Shown one piece after another: positions 1 to 8,562 of a DNA stretch of 32,000 nt. The stretch spans positions 2,966,097-2,998,096 of the forward strand of contig NZ_CP106736.1 of assembly GCF_030035605.1 (NCBI RefSeq), in the 5' to 3' direction. Under the pieces are notes generated by a model, which saw only the letters and a list, made by a program, of their open reading frames with translations, searched no databases and was not told the DNA's origin. A program made the translations under genes and the position numbers. This DNA is from Silvimonas soli (GTDB lineage: Bacteria; Pseudomonadota; Gammaproteobacteria; Burkholderiales; Chitinibacteraceae). Each line of letters begins with the position of its first letter. Within the stretch, counting starts at the first letter, position 1.

Positions 1-1
1 G

Positions 2-64
2 GACGAAACGCGCCGCGATGACCTGACCTGCTTATGTGTGCGCATCGCTGGCACCCAACCATGA
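2..64 (+). CDS. siaA: 3' end of an upstream gene running off the window, probably the PP2C/SpoIIE-type phosphatase SiaA
   Basis: Frame 2 reads ...DETRRDDLTCLCVRIAGTQP* with TGA at 62-64 overlapping the ATG at 61 (ATGA). A DDxT-hydrophobic tail is typical of SpoIIE/PP2C C-termini. The next three genes look like siaB/siaC/siaD. Only 20 codons are visible. Confidence 0.45.
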   Translation, partial: DETRRDDLTCLCVRIAGTQP

Positions 65-663
65 CTGAACTGAACATGTATATGAGTACATTGCCGGAGC
101 ACGACATGATTTATCAGCAATACCGCGACTTTTGTGATGCCGCGCGGCAGCGCCATGTGATTTTTTATTACGTAGGCTATTTTTCGCAGCACATTGTCGG
201 TGCCATGGCAGATGCGCTCAAGCTGCGACTGGAAGTCAGCGGAATGGCTGGCCCAACGCGGCGCAAACTGTTCTCGTCTTTTGTCGAGATGTCGCAAAAC
301 ATCATCCATTATTCGGCCGACGCGTTGACGCCGATTGATCTGGATAACCACGAAGTACGCCATGGATCGGTGTGCATCGGCATTCAGGATGATCACTACT
401 ACCTGCTGTGCGCCAACCCGATCAAAGCCGATTCAGCCGAAGCACTGCGCCAGCGGATCGAGCCATTGCGCTCGATGACGCTGGAAGAAATCAAGCAAGC
501 CTACAAAGAAGCACTGCGCTCGGATGCGCCCGAAGACAGCAAAGGCGCTGGCGTGGGCTTTCTGACCATGGCGCGTGACGCTAGCGTGCCACTGGAATTT
601 GAATTTGTGCCGATGCCGCACGAGCCGGATCTGTGCATGTTTTATATCAAAGCCATTATCTGA
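61..663 (+). CDS. siaB: SiaB-like partner-switch protein kinase (DUF6272-type, GHKL-like)
   Basis: Same frame as track ORF 34..663, but started at ATG 61, which overlaps the upstream stop. It is 200 aa. The block SSFVEMSQNIIHYS and the size match my recollection of the SiaB family. It lies immediately before a DUF1987 gene and a GGDEF gene, as in P. aeruginosa siaABCD. Confidence 0.8.
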   Translation: MTELNMYMSTLPEHDMIYQQYRDFCDAARQRHVIFYYVGYFSQHIVGAMADALKLRLEVSGMAGPTRRKLFSSFVEMSQNIIHYSADALTPIDLDNHEVRHGSVCIGIQDDHYYLLCANPIKADSAEALRQRIEPLRSMTLEEIKQAYKEALRSDAPEDSKGAGVGFLTMARDASVPLEFEFVPMPHEPDLCMFYIKAII

Positions 664-687
664 CCGATCAGAACACCAGGACTTATC

Positions 688-1077
688 ATGGACAACCTGT
701 TTATCGCCGCCACGCCGACCTCGCCTGAGGTCGATTTCCGTTTTAGCCAACACGTGCTGTCGCTCAAAGGCGAGTCCTATCCGGAAAACGCGGCCGCCTT
801 TTATGGCGAAATCATTGCCAACGTGCGCACGTATCTGGCGGGCTGCCAGCAGGCCAATATCGAGGTCAACGTGGCGCTGGCCTACTTCAATAGCTCCAGC
901 ACTAAAGTGTTGTTCAACCTGTTCGATGCCTTCAATCAGGCCGCGCTGATGGGCAATCACGTCACCCTGAACTGGTACCACGACGAAGACGACGACACCA
1001 TTCTGGAGTTCGGTCAGGAATTGCAGGATGACTTTGGCGCGCTGGATTTTCACGATCACGCACTGAGCGGCGTTTGA
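688..1077 (+). CDS. siaC: SiaC-like regulatory phosphoprotein (DUF1987)
   Basis: 129 aa. KGESYPENAAAFYGEI, YFNSSSTKVLFNLF and LNWYHDEDDD are the hallmarks I associate with DUF1987/SiaC. It starts 24 nt after siaB. Confidence 0.85.
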   Translation: MDNLFIAATPTSPEVDFRFSQHVLSLKGESYPENAAAFYGEIIANVRTYLAGCQQANIEVNVALAYFNSSSTKVLFNLFDAFNQAALMGNHVTLNWYHDEDDDTILEFGQELQDDFGALDFHDHALSGV

Positions 1078-1086
1078 AGCCGACAC

Positions 1087-1803
1087 ATGCCTGGTACTGA
1101 TCCTGATCTGTTTGACCTGGAACACGCTGCGCTGGCCGAGGCGAGCGTGGTGTATGACGACGTGCACGCGCCGGCGGGTATCCAGCGGCTGGCGCTGGGT
1201 GAGCTGATCGGGCATTACGAGCGCTTGTTGCGTGAAACGCGGCGGCTGATTCAGCGCAGCGACCGGCAAGAGCGCGAAATGAATGTGCTTAACCAGCGGC
1301 TGCAAACGCTGGCCATCAACCTGGATTACCGCGCCCGCCACGACACGCTCACTGGCGTGCTCAATCGTGGTGCGGTGATCGAACTGTGCAACGACACACT
1401 GCTGCACAGCGATATCGCGCTGGTGGTGCTGGACCTGGACCACTTCAAACGCATCAACGATACCTTCGGCCATCCGGCGGGCGATGCGGTGCTGTGCGCG
1501 GTGGTGGAGCAACTGCAGTCGGTGGTGGGTGAGATCGGGCAGATTGGTCGGGTCGGCGGCGAGGAATTCACCGTCATGTTGCCTGGGCTGCTGCTGGACG
1601 ACGCCATGCAACTGGCGGAGTACATGCGTGCTGCGGTGGCAACGCACGTTTTTCCATCTCCGATCGAACGGGCGATGACTGCCAGCTTTGGCGTGAGCTG
1701 GAGTGCCGCGGGCACTCCATTTGAAAGTGCCTACAGCCGCGCTGACGAGGCGCTATATGTGGCCAAGCGCAATGGCCGCAACCAGGTTGTGCGCGCCCGC
1801 TGA
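1087..1803 (+). CDS. siaD: Diguanylate cyclase with short coiled-coil N-terminus (SiaD-like GGDEF protein)
   Basis: 238 aa. A helical stretch (ERLLRETRRLIQRSDRQEREMNVLNQRLQTLA) is followed by GGDEF-domain blocks DTLTGVLNRG and LDLDHFKRINDTFGH, the active site GGEEF, and YVAKRNGRNQV. Confidence 0.9.
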   Translation: MPGTDPDLFDLEHAALAEASVVYDDVHAPAGIQRLALGELIGHYERLLRETRRLIQRSDRQEREMNVLNQRLQTLAINLDYRARHDTLTGVLNRGAVIELCNDTLLHSDIALVVLDLDHFKRINDTFGHPAGDAVLCAVVEQLQSVVGEIGQIGRVGGEEFTVMLPGLLLDDAMQLAEYMRAAVATHVFPSPIERAMTASFGVSWSAAGTPFESAYSRADEALYVAKRNGRNQVVRAR

Positions 1804-1877
1804 TTGTTGTTTTTCCTTTCCAACTCAACTCGCCCTGCGCGCTGACTTTTCCCCAAGAAACAAGTACTTGTCCAATT

Positions 1878-1901
1878 GCCGCATCCATATGCGGCTTTCT
1901 T
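1878..1901 (+). terminator. Rho-independent terminator after siaD
   Basis: GCCGCAT-CCAT-ATGCGGC forms a perfect 7-bp stem followed by TTTCTT, about 75 nt after the siaD stop. Confidence 0.6.
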
Positions 1902-1950
1902 ACGTATATCCATTGAAACGGCGCTGAGCGGTCATTGCCGTTGCGGCATG

Positions 1951-2170
1951 CTATTTGTCATGTTTTATTGGAAATTTATGTTTGTACGTAAAAATAAAGT
2001 GTTTGTCTTACATTTTTAATTTGACTAAATAAGCTTTTGATTATGCTAATAATGAGTCCAATCTATTGTATGTATTGATATTTTTGATTATAATTCGGCC
2101 GTGTTTTATGAGAATTTGTATCGGCAGTTTGAAATAATCTAACAGATATAGACAGGAATCAGGTTGGTTA
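1951..2170 (+). promoter_or_regulatory. AT-rich pgaA upstream/leader region with a candidate sigma-70 promoter
   Basis: My hand count is 48 G+C in the 180 nt from 1981 to 2160 (about 27%), against clearly GC-rich flanks. It contains TTGTAT-17 nt-TATAAT (2066-2094). TTTTGATTAT occurs twice (2035-2044 and 2082-2091). A GGA/AGG-rich stretch ACAGGAATCAGG (2152-2163) lies just before ATG 2171. Confidence 0.5.
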
Positions 2171-4681
2171 ATGAGTTGCCCTAATGCCGTAACCTCCCTG
2201 TCGAGCATAAGCTGGCGTACTGCAAGGCGCTCTGTCCTGCCGTTGTCTCTTGTTTTACTTACGGCTGCGCCCCTTGCGTTGGCCGCTTCTTCTGCCAGCG
2301 AAGAGCTGCGCTACCGCGAAGCAATCGAAAACGCCCGCAACAGCAAACTGGGTGACGCCGCTCAGTCATTGCAGGATTTGCTGACCGCGCACCCTGCTGA
2401 TTTGCGTTATCGCCACGATCTGGTTGCGGTTTATGCCTGGCAGGGTAGTTATGCCCAAGCAGTCGCGCTGGCGCGTGGTTTGAGTCTGGACACCACCCCG
2501 CTGTATGTTCTGCAAGCGTGGGCTGACGCCGAAAAGAACACGCAAAACCTGGATCAGGCCCAGGCCATCTACCAAGCCATTGACCGGCGCGAGCCAGGAC
2601 GGCTGGCGATTCAGATTTCGTTGGCGCAGCTGGATATCCTGCGTGACAAGGCTCCGCAAGCGCTGGCCCGGCTGCAAGCTGTCGATGCCGACAAACTCAA
2701 TCCAGCTGACCGTATTGCCTTGCAGGAAATGCTGATCCGCACCTGGCTGGCTTTGCAGGATTACCCCGAAGCGATCAAGCAGAGCGACGAGTTGCTGGCG
2801 ATTGCCCCCGCCAACCGCACCGCGCTGGAGGCGAAATTTGTCTCCAACCTGCGCATGGATGCGCCACGTCTGGCACTGGCCACCAGTTTGACGCTCACTC
2901 CGGCTGATCGCGCAGCGGCCAAAACTGCCGCCATTTCACGGGAAATCCGCTGGGGTCGGGCCGAGGCCGATAACTCGCGGGCATCGTCGCCCACCCGTTG
3001 GGTGACCACTGACGCTGCCATCAATTCCGCCCAACAACATATCGATGAACTAAGCCGCAACGAGCCAGCCGGATCGGATGCTCTGTTGCGTCAGCAATAC
3101 GATCTGCTGGTGGTGCTGGTTGATCGCCGCCGCAACCGCGAGGCGGTTGATCTGTACCGCATGCTGCAACTGCAGGGCGCGGCTATCCCGGCGTGGTTGA
3201 AAATACCGGCCGCCAGCGCTTACTTGGCGCTACGGCAGCCAGACATGGCCATCAAACTGTATGAACAAGCCTTTGCCGCCAAGGTGGGCGACTTTGATGC
3301 GCATGTGAATTATGTTTACGCGCTACTTGAAGCCGAGCACGCCGAGGCCGCCATCGCCGCGGCGGATCAACTGGTGGCCGACACCCCGGAATGGCGCAAC
3401 AACGCGTATCCGGCGCTGCGCGTGGAAAACCAGAATTATCCGGCAGCGCAACTGCTGGCGGCGCAGGTGCGGGCGTTTACCGAGCAACTGGCCGATGCCC
3501 AACGGCGGGTGGATGACCTGCACCGACGCGCACCGGGCAATGAAGACATCGCCGCTGCCCAAGCTGACATTGACCGATTGCGTGGCTGGCCTCGTCGCGC
3601 GCTGACGCAACTGAACCGGCTGCATACGCTTAGCCCGGATTACATTTGGGTGATTCCGCCCACGTTTGACGCCCATATGGATACGGCGGACTTTGCCGCC
3701 GCCGCGACTGATCTCGCGCGAGCCCAACTGGAAATGCCTGACGACAGCGTCACCCAGCGGATGGAACGCAACTGGCAGGATCATCTGCGCCCGCAAACCG
3801 TGACGACGCTGGCATTCGGGCGCAGCGGTGGCGGCAAGGAAGGGCTGGCTGGCAACGGTGATGTCCATGATCTGACGTTTGACAGCCGCGTTTACAGCAG
3901 TCCGTTCGCCGACAACTGGCGCGCCTATGCTCGCGCTGGCTGGCAACAAAGCAGCAGCAATGTAGAAAACCTGCTGCGGCGCGTGGGCGGTGCTGGCCTG
4001 GAATATCGCTCACCCGATTGGTCCGGCGAAACCGAACTGGATGGTGCCAATGGCTCGTCTGGCACAGCCGGTGGGCATGTCGCGGTGAGCTATCACCCCA
4101 GCGACTTCTGGACCGTCGACTTGGGCTACGCCCACGACGGGGATGACACACCGCTGCGCGCTTTTGCCGACGGCGTGCATACCGACTTCACCAACACGGC
4201 GTTGCGCTATCGCTGGAGTGAATCGCGCGAAGTGGGGCTGGTGCTGTCGCATGGTCACTTCTCTGACGACAACACCCGGCTGGGCTGGGGTGTTTACGGC
4301 GTACAGCGGGCCGTCACCCAACCGTATTACCAGATGGATGTGCGGCTGGATGTCGGCGGCATGCATAACGACTTGCCTGCTACGGCCGCCAACTATTTCA
4401 ACCCGTCCAGCCAGCAAGCCGGCGTGGTTTCGGTGATCAACCACTGGGTGCAATGGCGTCAGTACGAACGTCAGTTGAGCCACCGTCTCACGCTCACCGC
4501 CGGAGAAAACTGGCAGCGCAGCTATGGCGCAGCCACCGTCGGCGGCGCTGCGTATGAACTCGAATATCAACTGAACGCCTTGCTGGACTGGCGGATCGGG
4601 ACGGGCATTAACCGTGCGTACTACGACGGCAATGGCGAAACCGATTACTCCGTGCACGCCACGCTGGACTGGAAATTCTGA
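2171..4681 (+). CDS. pgaA: PNAG export outer-membrane porin PgaA (TPR N-half, beta-barrel C-half)
   Basis: 836 aa with a signal peptide (RRSVLPLSLVLLTAAPLALAASSAS). The N-half is long, helical and TPR-like. The C-half is rich in Gly and aromatic residues and ends ...ATLDWKF, a terminal Phe typical of OMP barrels. It is the first gene of a four-gene pga-type operon. Confidence 0.9.
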   Translation: MSCPNAVTSLSSISWRTARRSVLPLSLVLLTAAPLALAASSASEELRYREAIENARNSKLGDAAQSLQDLLTAHPADLRYRHDLVAVYAWQGSYAQAVALARGLSLDTTPLYVLQAWADAEKNTQNLDQAQAIYQAIDRREPGRLAIQISLAQLDILRDKAPQALARLQAVDADKLNPADRIALQEMLIRTWLALQDYPEAIKQSDELLAIAPANRTALEAKFVSNLRMDAPRLALATSLTLTPADRAAAKTAAISREIRWGRAEADNSRASSPTRWVTTDAAINSAQQHIDELSRNEPAGSDALLRQQYDLLVVLVDRRRNREAVDLYRMLQLQGAAIPAWLKIPAASAYLALRQPDMAIKLYEQAFAAKVGDFDAHVNYVYALLEAEHAEAAIAAADQLVADTPEWRNNAYPALRVENQNYPAAQLLAAQVRAFTEQLADAQRRVDDLHRRAPGNEDIAAAQADIDRLRGWPRRALTQLNRLHTLSPDYIWVIPPTFDAHMDTADFAAAATDLARAQLEMPDDSVTQRMERNWQDHLRPQTVTTLAFGRSGGGKEGLAGNGDVHDLTFDSRVYSSPFADNWRAYARAGWQQSSSNVENLLRRVGGAGLEYRSPDWSGETELDGANGSSGTAGGHVAVSYHPSDFWTVDLGYAHDGDDTPLRAFADGVHTDFTNTALRYRWSESREVGLVLSHGHFSDDNTRLGWGVYGVQRAVTQPYYQMDVRLDVGGMHNDLPATAANYFNPSSQQAGVVSVINHWVQWRQYERQLSHRLTLTAGENWQRSYGAATVGGAAYELEYQLNALLDWRIGTGINRAYYDGNGETDYSVHATLDWKF

Positions 4682-6714
4682 TGAAGCACTCTCTGGCAGC
4701 GATCTTTCGCTCTGCCCTGGCCGCCGCACAAGGCCTGGTCAACTTGCCGCTACGGTTAGCGTCTGCGCTGGCGCTGGCGCTGGCTTTGACGTTGCTGCTG
4801 GCCTTGCCGCTGGCCCGCGCCGAAACGGCCACCTGGCCTGCCGACAGCTTTGAAGTGCTGTGTTATCACGAGGTGCGTGACGACGTTTGGGTGCTGCCTG
4901 ATCCGTACGCCATCAGCACGCGACGGCTGGTGCAGCATTTTGAGTGGCTGCGTGAGAATGGTTACACCGTCATCAGCGTGGACGACATCCTGGCGGCCCG
5001 CGCGGGCACCAAACCACTGCCGCCCAAAGCCGTGTTGCTGACCTTCGACGATGGCTACAAGAGTTTTTATACCCACGTTTTTCCGCTGCTCAAAGAATTT
5101 AACTACCACGCGGTGCAAGGGGTCGTCGGGCACTGGATTGACGCCGCCGACGGTGCCGACATTACCGCCGAATCGCGCAATTACAGCCGCGAAGACATCA
5201 TGACCTGGGCTGAGGTCAAAGAGTTGTCTGACTCTGGCCTGGTCGAGATTGCCTCACACAGCTACAACGAGCACCACGGCATTCAGGCCAATCCGCAAGG
5301 TAATCAACTGCCCGCGTTGATCACGCATATTTACGACGCCACCACCGGCAAATATGAAACCGACGCGCAATATCTGGCGCGGGTGCAGCTGGACCTGAAA
5401 AAGAACGCAGAAGTTATCGCGCAGCACACCGGCAAAGCCCCGCGTGTGATGGTGTGGCCGTATGGACGCTACAACCGGGCGACAATTGAGGCGGCCAAAG
5501 CGGCGGGCATGCCGATCACGCTGACGCTGGATGACGGACCAAATGGTCCGGATATTCCGCTGGACCGCCTGCGTCGCGTGCTGATTACCCATTCCGATGG
5601 CGAAAGCGTGAAAGCGCTGGATGCCGCCATGCGCCCGTCGCCCGCCAAGCCCGTCCGCGTCATGCATGTGGATCTGGACTACGTCTACGACCCGGACCCC
5701 AAGCAGCAAGAACTGAACTTGGGCAAATTGCTGGATCGGGTCAAAGCCAGCGGTGCCAACACCGTTTTCCTGCAAGCATATGCCGACCCCAGTGGCGCCG
5801 GCGCCGCAACGGCGCTGTATTTCCCTAACCGCCATCTGCCCATGCGCGCTGATTTGTTTTCTCGCGCGGCTTGGCAACTTCAGACGCGCGCCGGGGTAAA
5901 GGTTTACGCCTGGATGCCGCTCAGTGCCTACGTCTTGCCAGAAACCGACCCGCTGGCAGGAAAACTGGTGACCGCCAGCACGGCCAAAGGGGCGCAGGCT
6001 TATCACCGGCTCTCGCCATTTGACCCCGCGGTGCGCCAGTTGATTGGCGAAATCTATAACGATCTGGCCACCCATGCGGTGTTCCAGGGCGTGCTGTTCC
6101 ATGACGACGCCACGCTCACCGACTTTGAAGATGACAGCCCGGCTGCCCGTGCGGTTTATCAATCTTGGGGTTTGCCCGGCAGTGTGGATGAAATCCGCAA
6201 AGACCCGGCGGCGATGCAACGCTGGACTGCGCTCAAGACCAGTTATCTGACGGATTTCTCGCTGCAACTGGCAGACCGGGTTCGCCACTGGCAACCCAAT
6301 CTGAAAACCGCGCGCAATATGTACGCCCGCGTCGTCCTGCAGCCCGAAGCCCAAGCCTGGTTTGCCCAGTCGCTACCGGATTTCCTCGCCCATTACGACT
6401 ACACCGCCATTATGGCGATGCCGTATATGGAAGGCGCAGCGCAGCCATTGCCATGGTTGAGCACGCTGGCCAAAACCGTGGCGATTATTCCCGGCGCGCT
6501 GGACAAGACGGTGTTCGAATTGCAGGCGGTGGACTGGAAAACCAGCAAGCCGTTGACCGGGCACGAACTGGCAACGCAGATGGACACTCTGATGGACGCC
6601 GGTGTCCGCAGCTATGGTTATTACCCGGATGATTTTGTCAAAGACCAACCCAAGCTGGATGAACTGGTCGAGCGTTTCTCGCTGCGCAGCTTTCCATATC
6701 GGGGCAGCAAGTGA
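4681..6714 (+). CDS. pgaB: Poly-beta-1,6-N-acetylglucosamine N-deacetylase PgaB
   Basis: 677 aa with a signal peptide. Polysaccharide-deacetylase motifs LLTFDDGY and ASHSYNEHHG are present, followed by a large C-terminal glycoside-hydrolase-like half. ATG 4681 shares its A with the pgaA TGA (4679-4681). Confidence 0.93.
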   Translation: MKHSLAAIFRSALAAAQGLVNLPLRLASALALALALTLLLALPLARAETATWPADSFEVLCYHEVRDDVWVLPDPYAISTRRLVQHFEWLRENGYTVISVDDILAARAGTKPLPPKAVLLTFDDGYKSFYTHVFPLLKEFNYHAVQGVVGHWIDAADGADITAESRNYSREDIMTWAEVKELSDSGLVEIASHSYNEHHGIQANPQGNQLPALITHIYDATTGKYETDAQYLARVQLDLKKNAEVIAQHTGKAPRVMVWPYGRYNRATIEAAKAAGMPITLTLDDGPNGPDIPLDRLRRVLITHSDGESVKALDAAMRPSPAKPVRVMHVDLDYVYDPDPKQQELNLGKLLDRVKASGANTVFLQAYADPSGAGAATALYFPNRHLPMRADLFSRAAWQLQTRAGVKVYAWMPLSAYVLPETDPLAGKLVTASTAKGAQAYHRLSPFDPAVRQLIGEIYNDLATHAVFQGVLFHDDATLTDFEDDSPAARAVYQSWGLPGSVDEIRKDPAAMQRWTALKTSYLTDFSLQLADRVRHWQPNLKTARNMYARVVLQPEAQAWFAQSLPDFLAHYDYTAIMAMPYMEGAAQPLPWLSTLAKTVAIIPGALDKTVFELQAVDWKTSKPLTGHELATQMDTLMDAGVRSYGYYPDDFVKDQPKLDELVERFSLRSFPYRGSK

Positions 6715-8024
6715 ATGCGCTTTCATCACTCAGCACCGTGTTGCTGCAATTTGCCTTTTTCTATCCACTCACGATGGCGTGGATGTGGATGATTGGCGCG
6801 GTGCATTACTACTGGCGCTTTGAACGCCGTACCGCCAGCCTGGCGATTCCGCCCATCCTGGATAACTACCCTGGCGTATCGCTGGTGGTGCCGATGCACA
6901 ACGAAAGTGCTAACGCGCGCGAGACCATCGCTCAGTTGATGTGTCAGCGTTATCCCTTGTTTGAAGTCATTGCCGTCAACGATGGCAGCCGCGACAACAC
7001 CGGCGAAATCCTTGATGAACTGGCACTGGAATACCCGCGTTTGCGCGTGATTCACCTGGCCACCAATCAGGGCAAGGCGATGGGACTGAATACCGCAGCC
7101 CTGATGGCCAGATATGAATTCCTGATCTGCATTGATGGCGACGCGCTGCTGGATGAATACGCCGCCGCCTGGTTCATGCAGCACTTTGCCCACGGCCCGC
7201 GCCTGGGCGCCATTACCGGCAACCCGCGTATCCGCAATCGCTCCACCTTGCTGGGCAAACTGCAAGTGGGTGAGTTCTCGTCGATTATCGGCATGATCAA
7301 ACGGGCGCAACGCACTTACGGGCGCATCTTCACCATCTCTGGCGTGGTCAGCGCGTTTCGCCGTGCAGCATTGCATGACGTGGGCTACTGGAGCCCGGAG
7401 ATGCTGACCGAAGACATTGATATCAGCTGGAAACTGCAAATTGCCCACTGGGACATCCGCTACGAACCCAAGGCCCGTTGCTGGATTCTGATGCCCGAAA
7501 CGCTGATGGGTTTGTGGAAGCAGCGTCTGCGCTGGGCCATGGGTGGTGTGCAGGTGCTGGCCAAGTATTTGCCGTCGCTGCTGTTCTGGCGCAAACGCCG
7601 CATGTGGGCGATTTACCTGGAATTCCTGCTGAGTGTGGCGTGGGCTTACGTCATGGGTGGCGTCATGGTGCTGTGGCTGCTCGGCCAGTTTTTGCCGTTG
7701 CCAGAGCCGCTGCATATCCAGACCTTGCTGCCCGGCTGGAACGGCGTAGTGATCGGTGCGACCTGTTTGTTGCAGATTGCTGTCGCGCTGCGACTGGACG
7801 CGCGTTACGACGAAGGGTTGGGGCGTTCGTATTATTGGATGGTCTGGTATCCGCTGGCTTACTGGTTGCTCAACATGCTGACCACCATCTGGGCCGTGCC
7901 CAAAACCCTGATGCGCAAACGCAATGCCCGCGCTGTCTGGGTGAGCCCGGATCGAGGCATTCAGCAAACGGTGCAAACGCCGCATCCGCCGGTGCATGAA
8001 CACCATGTGAGTACCAAATCATGA
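6711..8024 (+). CDS. pgaC: PNAG synthase, family-2 glycosyltransferase PgaC
   Basis: 437 aa. GTG 6711 overlaps the pgaB stop (GTGA). GT2 motifs present are AVNDGSRD, CIDGDA, TEDID and QRLRW (QxxRW). Hydrophobic helices flank the catalytic domain. Confidence 0.93.
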   Translation: MNALSSLSTVLLQFAFFYPLTMAWMWMIGAVHYYWRFERRTASLAIPPILDNYPGVSLVVPMHNESANARETIAQLMCQRYPLFEVIAVNDGSRDNTGEILDELALEYPRLRVIHLATNQGKAMGLNTAALMARYEFLICIDGDALLDEYAAAWFMQHFAHGPRLGAITGNPRIRNRSTLLGKLQVGEFSSIIGMIKRAQRTYGRIFTISGVVSAFRRAALHDVGYWSPEMLTEDIDISWKLQIAHWDIRYEPKARCWILMPETLMGLWKQRLRWAMGGVQVLAKYLPSLLFWRKRRMWAIYLEFLLSVAWAYVMGGVMVLWLLGQFLPLPEPLHIQTLLPGWNGVVIGATCLLQIAVALRLDARYDEGLGRSYYWMVWYPLAYWLLNMLTTIWAVPKTLMRKRNARAVWVSPDRGIQQTVQTPHPPVHEHHVSTKS

Positions 8025-8530
8025 TGACGCAACCGCCGCGGCCATCGACGCATCTGATTATTGAACGACCCGATTGGCAAACCCGCCGTCAGCGCGTGGT
8101 TTATGGCTCGCTAACGGCTATGGGCTGGGCGCTGTGGGGATTTTTGTGGCTGCCGCTGCTGACCGCAGTCGGCTGGCTGGGCGAAGCCTTCTTTGCCTGG
8201 CATCACATGGTGCAACTGGACGGATTCTCGGCTTTTCGCCATCTGGCCGCGTCTTATAGCGGCGCGCTGGTAGTGCTGGGCGGGATCTTCGTCGGCTGGG
8301 CCTCGTATAACTATCTGCGCTTTCGCGGCTACGACCGCCGCCGTCCACGCCCAACGGTAACCGACCACGATCTGGCCGACGCTTACCATGTGCCCGAAAG
8401 CGATGTTGCCCGCTGGCACGCGAGTCGACGGCTGGTGGTGTGGCATGACGAACAAGGGCAGGTGGTGCGCGTGCAAACTGATCCGCCGCCACAACACGAG
8501 ATCGTGCCGGAACCGGCGCCGGTGGTCTGA
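8021..8530 (+). CDS. pgaD: PNAG synthase accessory inner-membrane subunit PgaD
   Basis: 169 aa. ATG 8021 overlaps the pgaC stop (ATGA). Two hydrophobic helices are present (LTAMGWALWGFLWLPLLTAVGWL and ALVVLGGIFVGWASYNYL). The call rests mainly on position and topology, because PgaD sequences are poorly conserved. Confidence 0.75.
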   Translation: MMTQPPRPSTHLIIERPDWQTRRQRVVYGSLTAMGWALWGFLWLPLLTAVGWLGEAFFAWHHMVQLDGFSAFRHLAASYSGALVVLGGIFVGWASYNYLRFRGYDRRRPRPTVTDHDLADAYHVPESDVARWHASRRLVVWHDEQGQVVRVQTDPPPQHEIVPEPAPVV

Positions 8531-8562
8531 ATTAGATACGACACGCTCAAAATGGTGGCCAG

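Noticed and set aside
34-60. Longer N-termini offered by the ORF track (starts at 34, 10551, 11823, 12015, 12840, 19056, 22640, 23085, 24243, 28303, 30442)
   Set aside because: In each case a downstream ATG has a better Shine-Dalgarno spacing. That ATG also begins exactly where the family-typical N-terminus or signal peptide starts, or avoids overlap with the upstream gene. Several track starts are TTG codons.
433-1647. 404-aa ORF on the minus strand spanning siaB/siaC/siaD
   Set aside because: It is antisense to three genes with recognisable domains. The translation is R/H/Q/V-rich with no motifs. This is the typical stop-poor shadow frame of GC-rich DNA.
1861-1870. Perfect 10-bp palindrome CAAGTACTTG between siaD and its terminator
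   Set aside because: It is a single copy with no partner site or adjacent promoter. A palindrome of this size can occur by chance in 32 kb. It is noted but not interpretable.
1804-2170. Possible c-di-GMP riboswitch (GEMM) or other structured leader ahead of pgaA
   Set aside because: The region is very AT-rich. It lacks the GC-paired helices and conserved GEMM core segments I would expect. Only short weak hairpins are visible.
4765-4782. Tandem hexanucleotide (GCGCTG)x3 in pgaB
   Set aside because: It simply encodes the Ala-Leu core of the signal peptide (ALALALAL). It is too short for me to argue phase variation, and any slippage would be in-frame.
6726-8006. 426-aa minus-strand ORF opposite pgaC; similar cases at 5254..6354 and 4010..4729 opposite pgaB and pgaA
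   Set aside because: The sense strand encodes unmistakable PgaA/B/C proteins with overlapping start/stop coupling. The antisense products are low-complexity Arg/His/Gln/Gly-rich.
1951-8530. pga operon as a horizontally acquired island, prompted by the AT-rich block
   Set aside because: The pga coding sequences look as GC-rich as their neighbours. I see no integrase, tRNA, IS element or flanking direct repeats. The AT-rich tract is confined to the promoter region.
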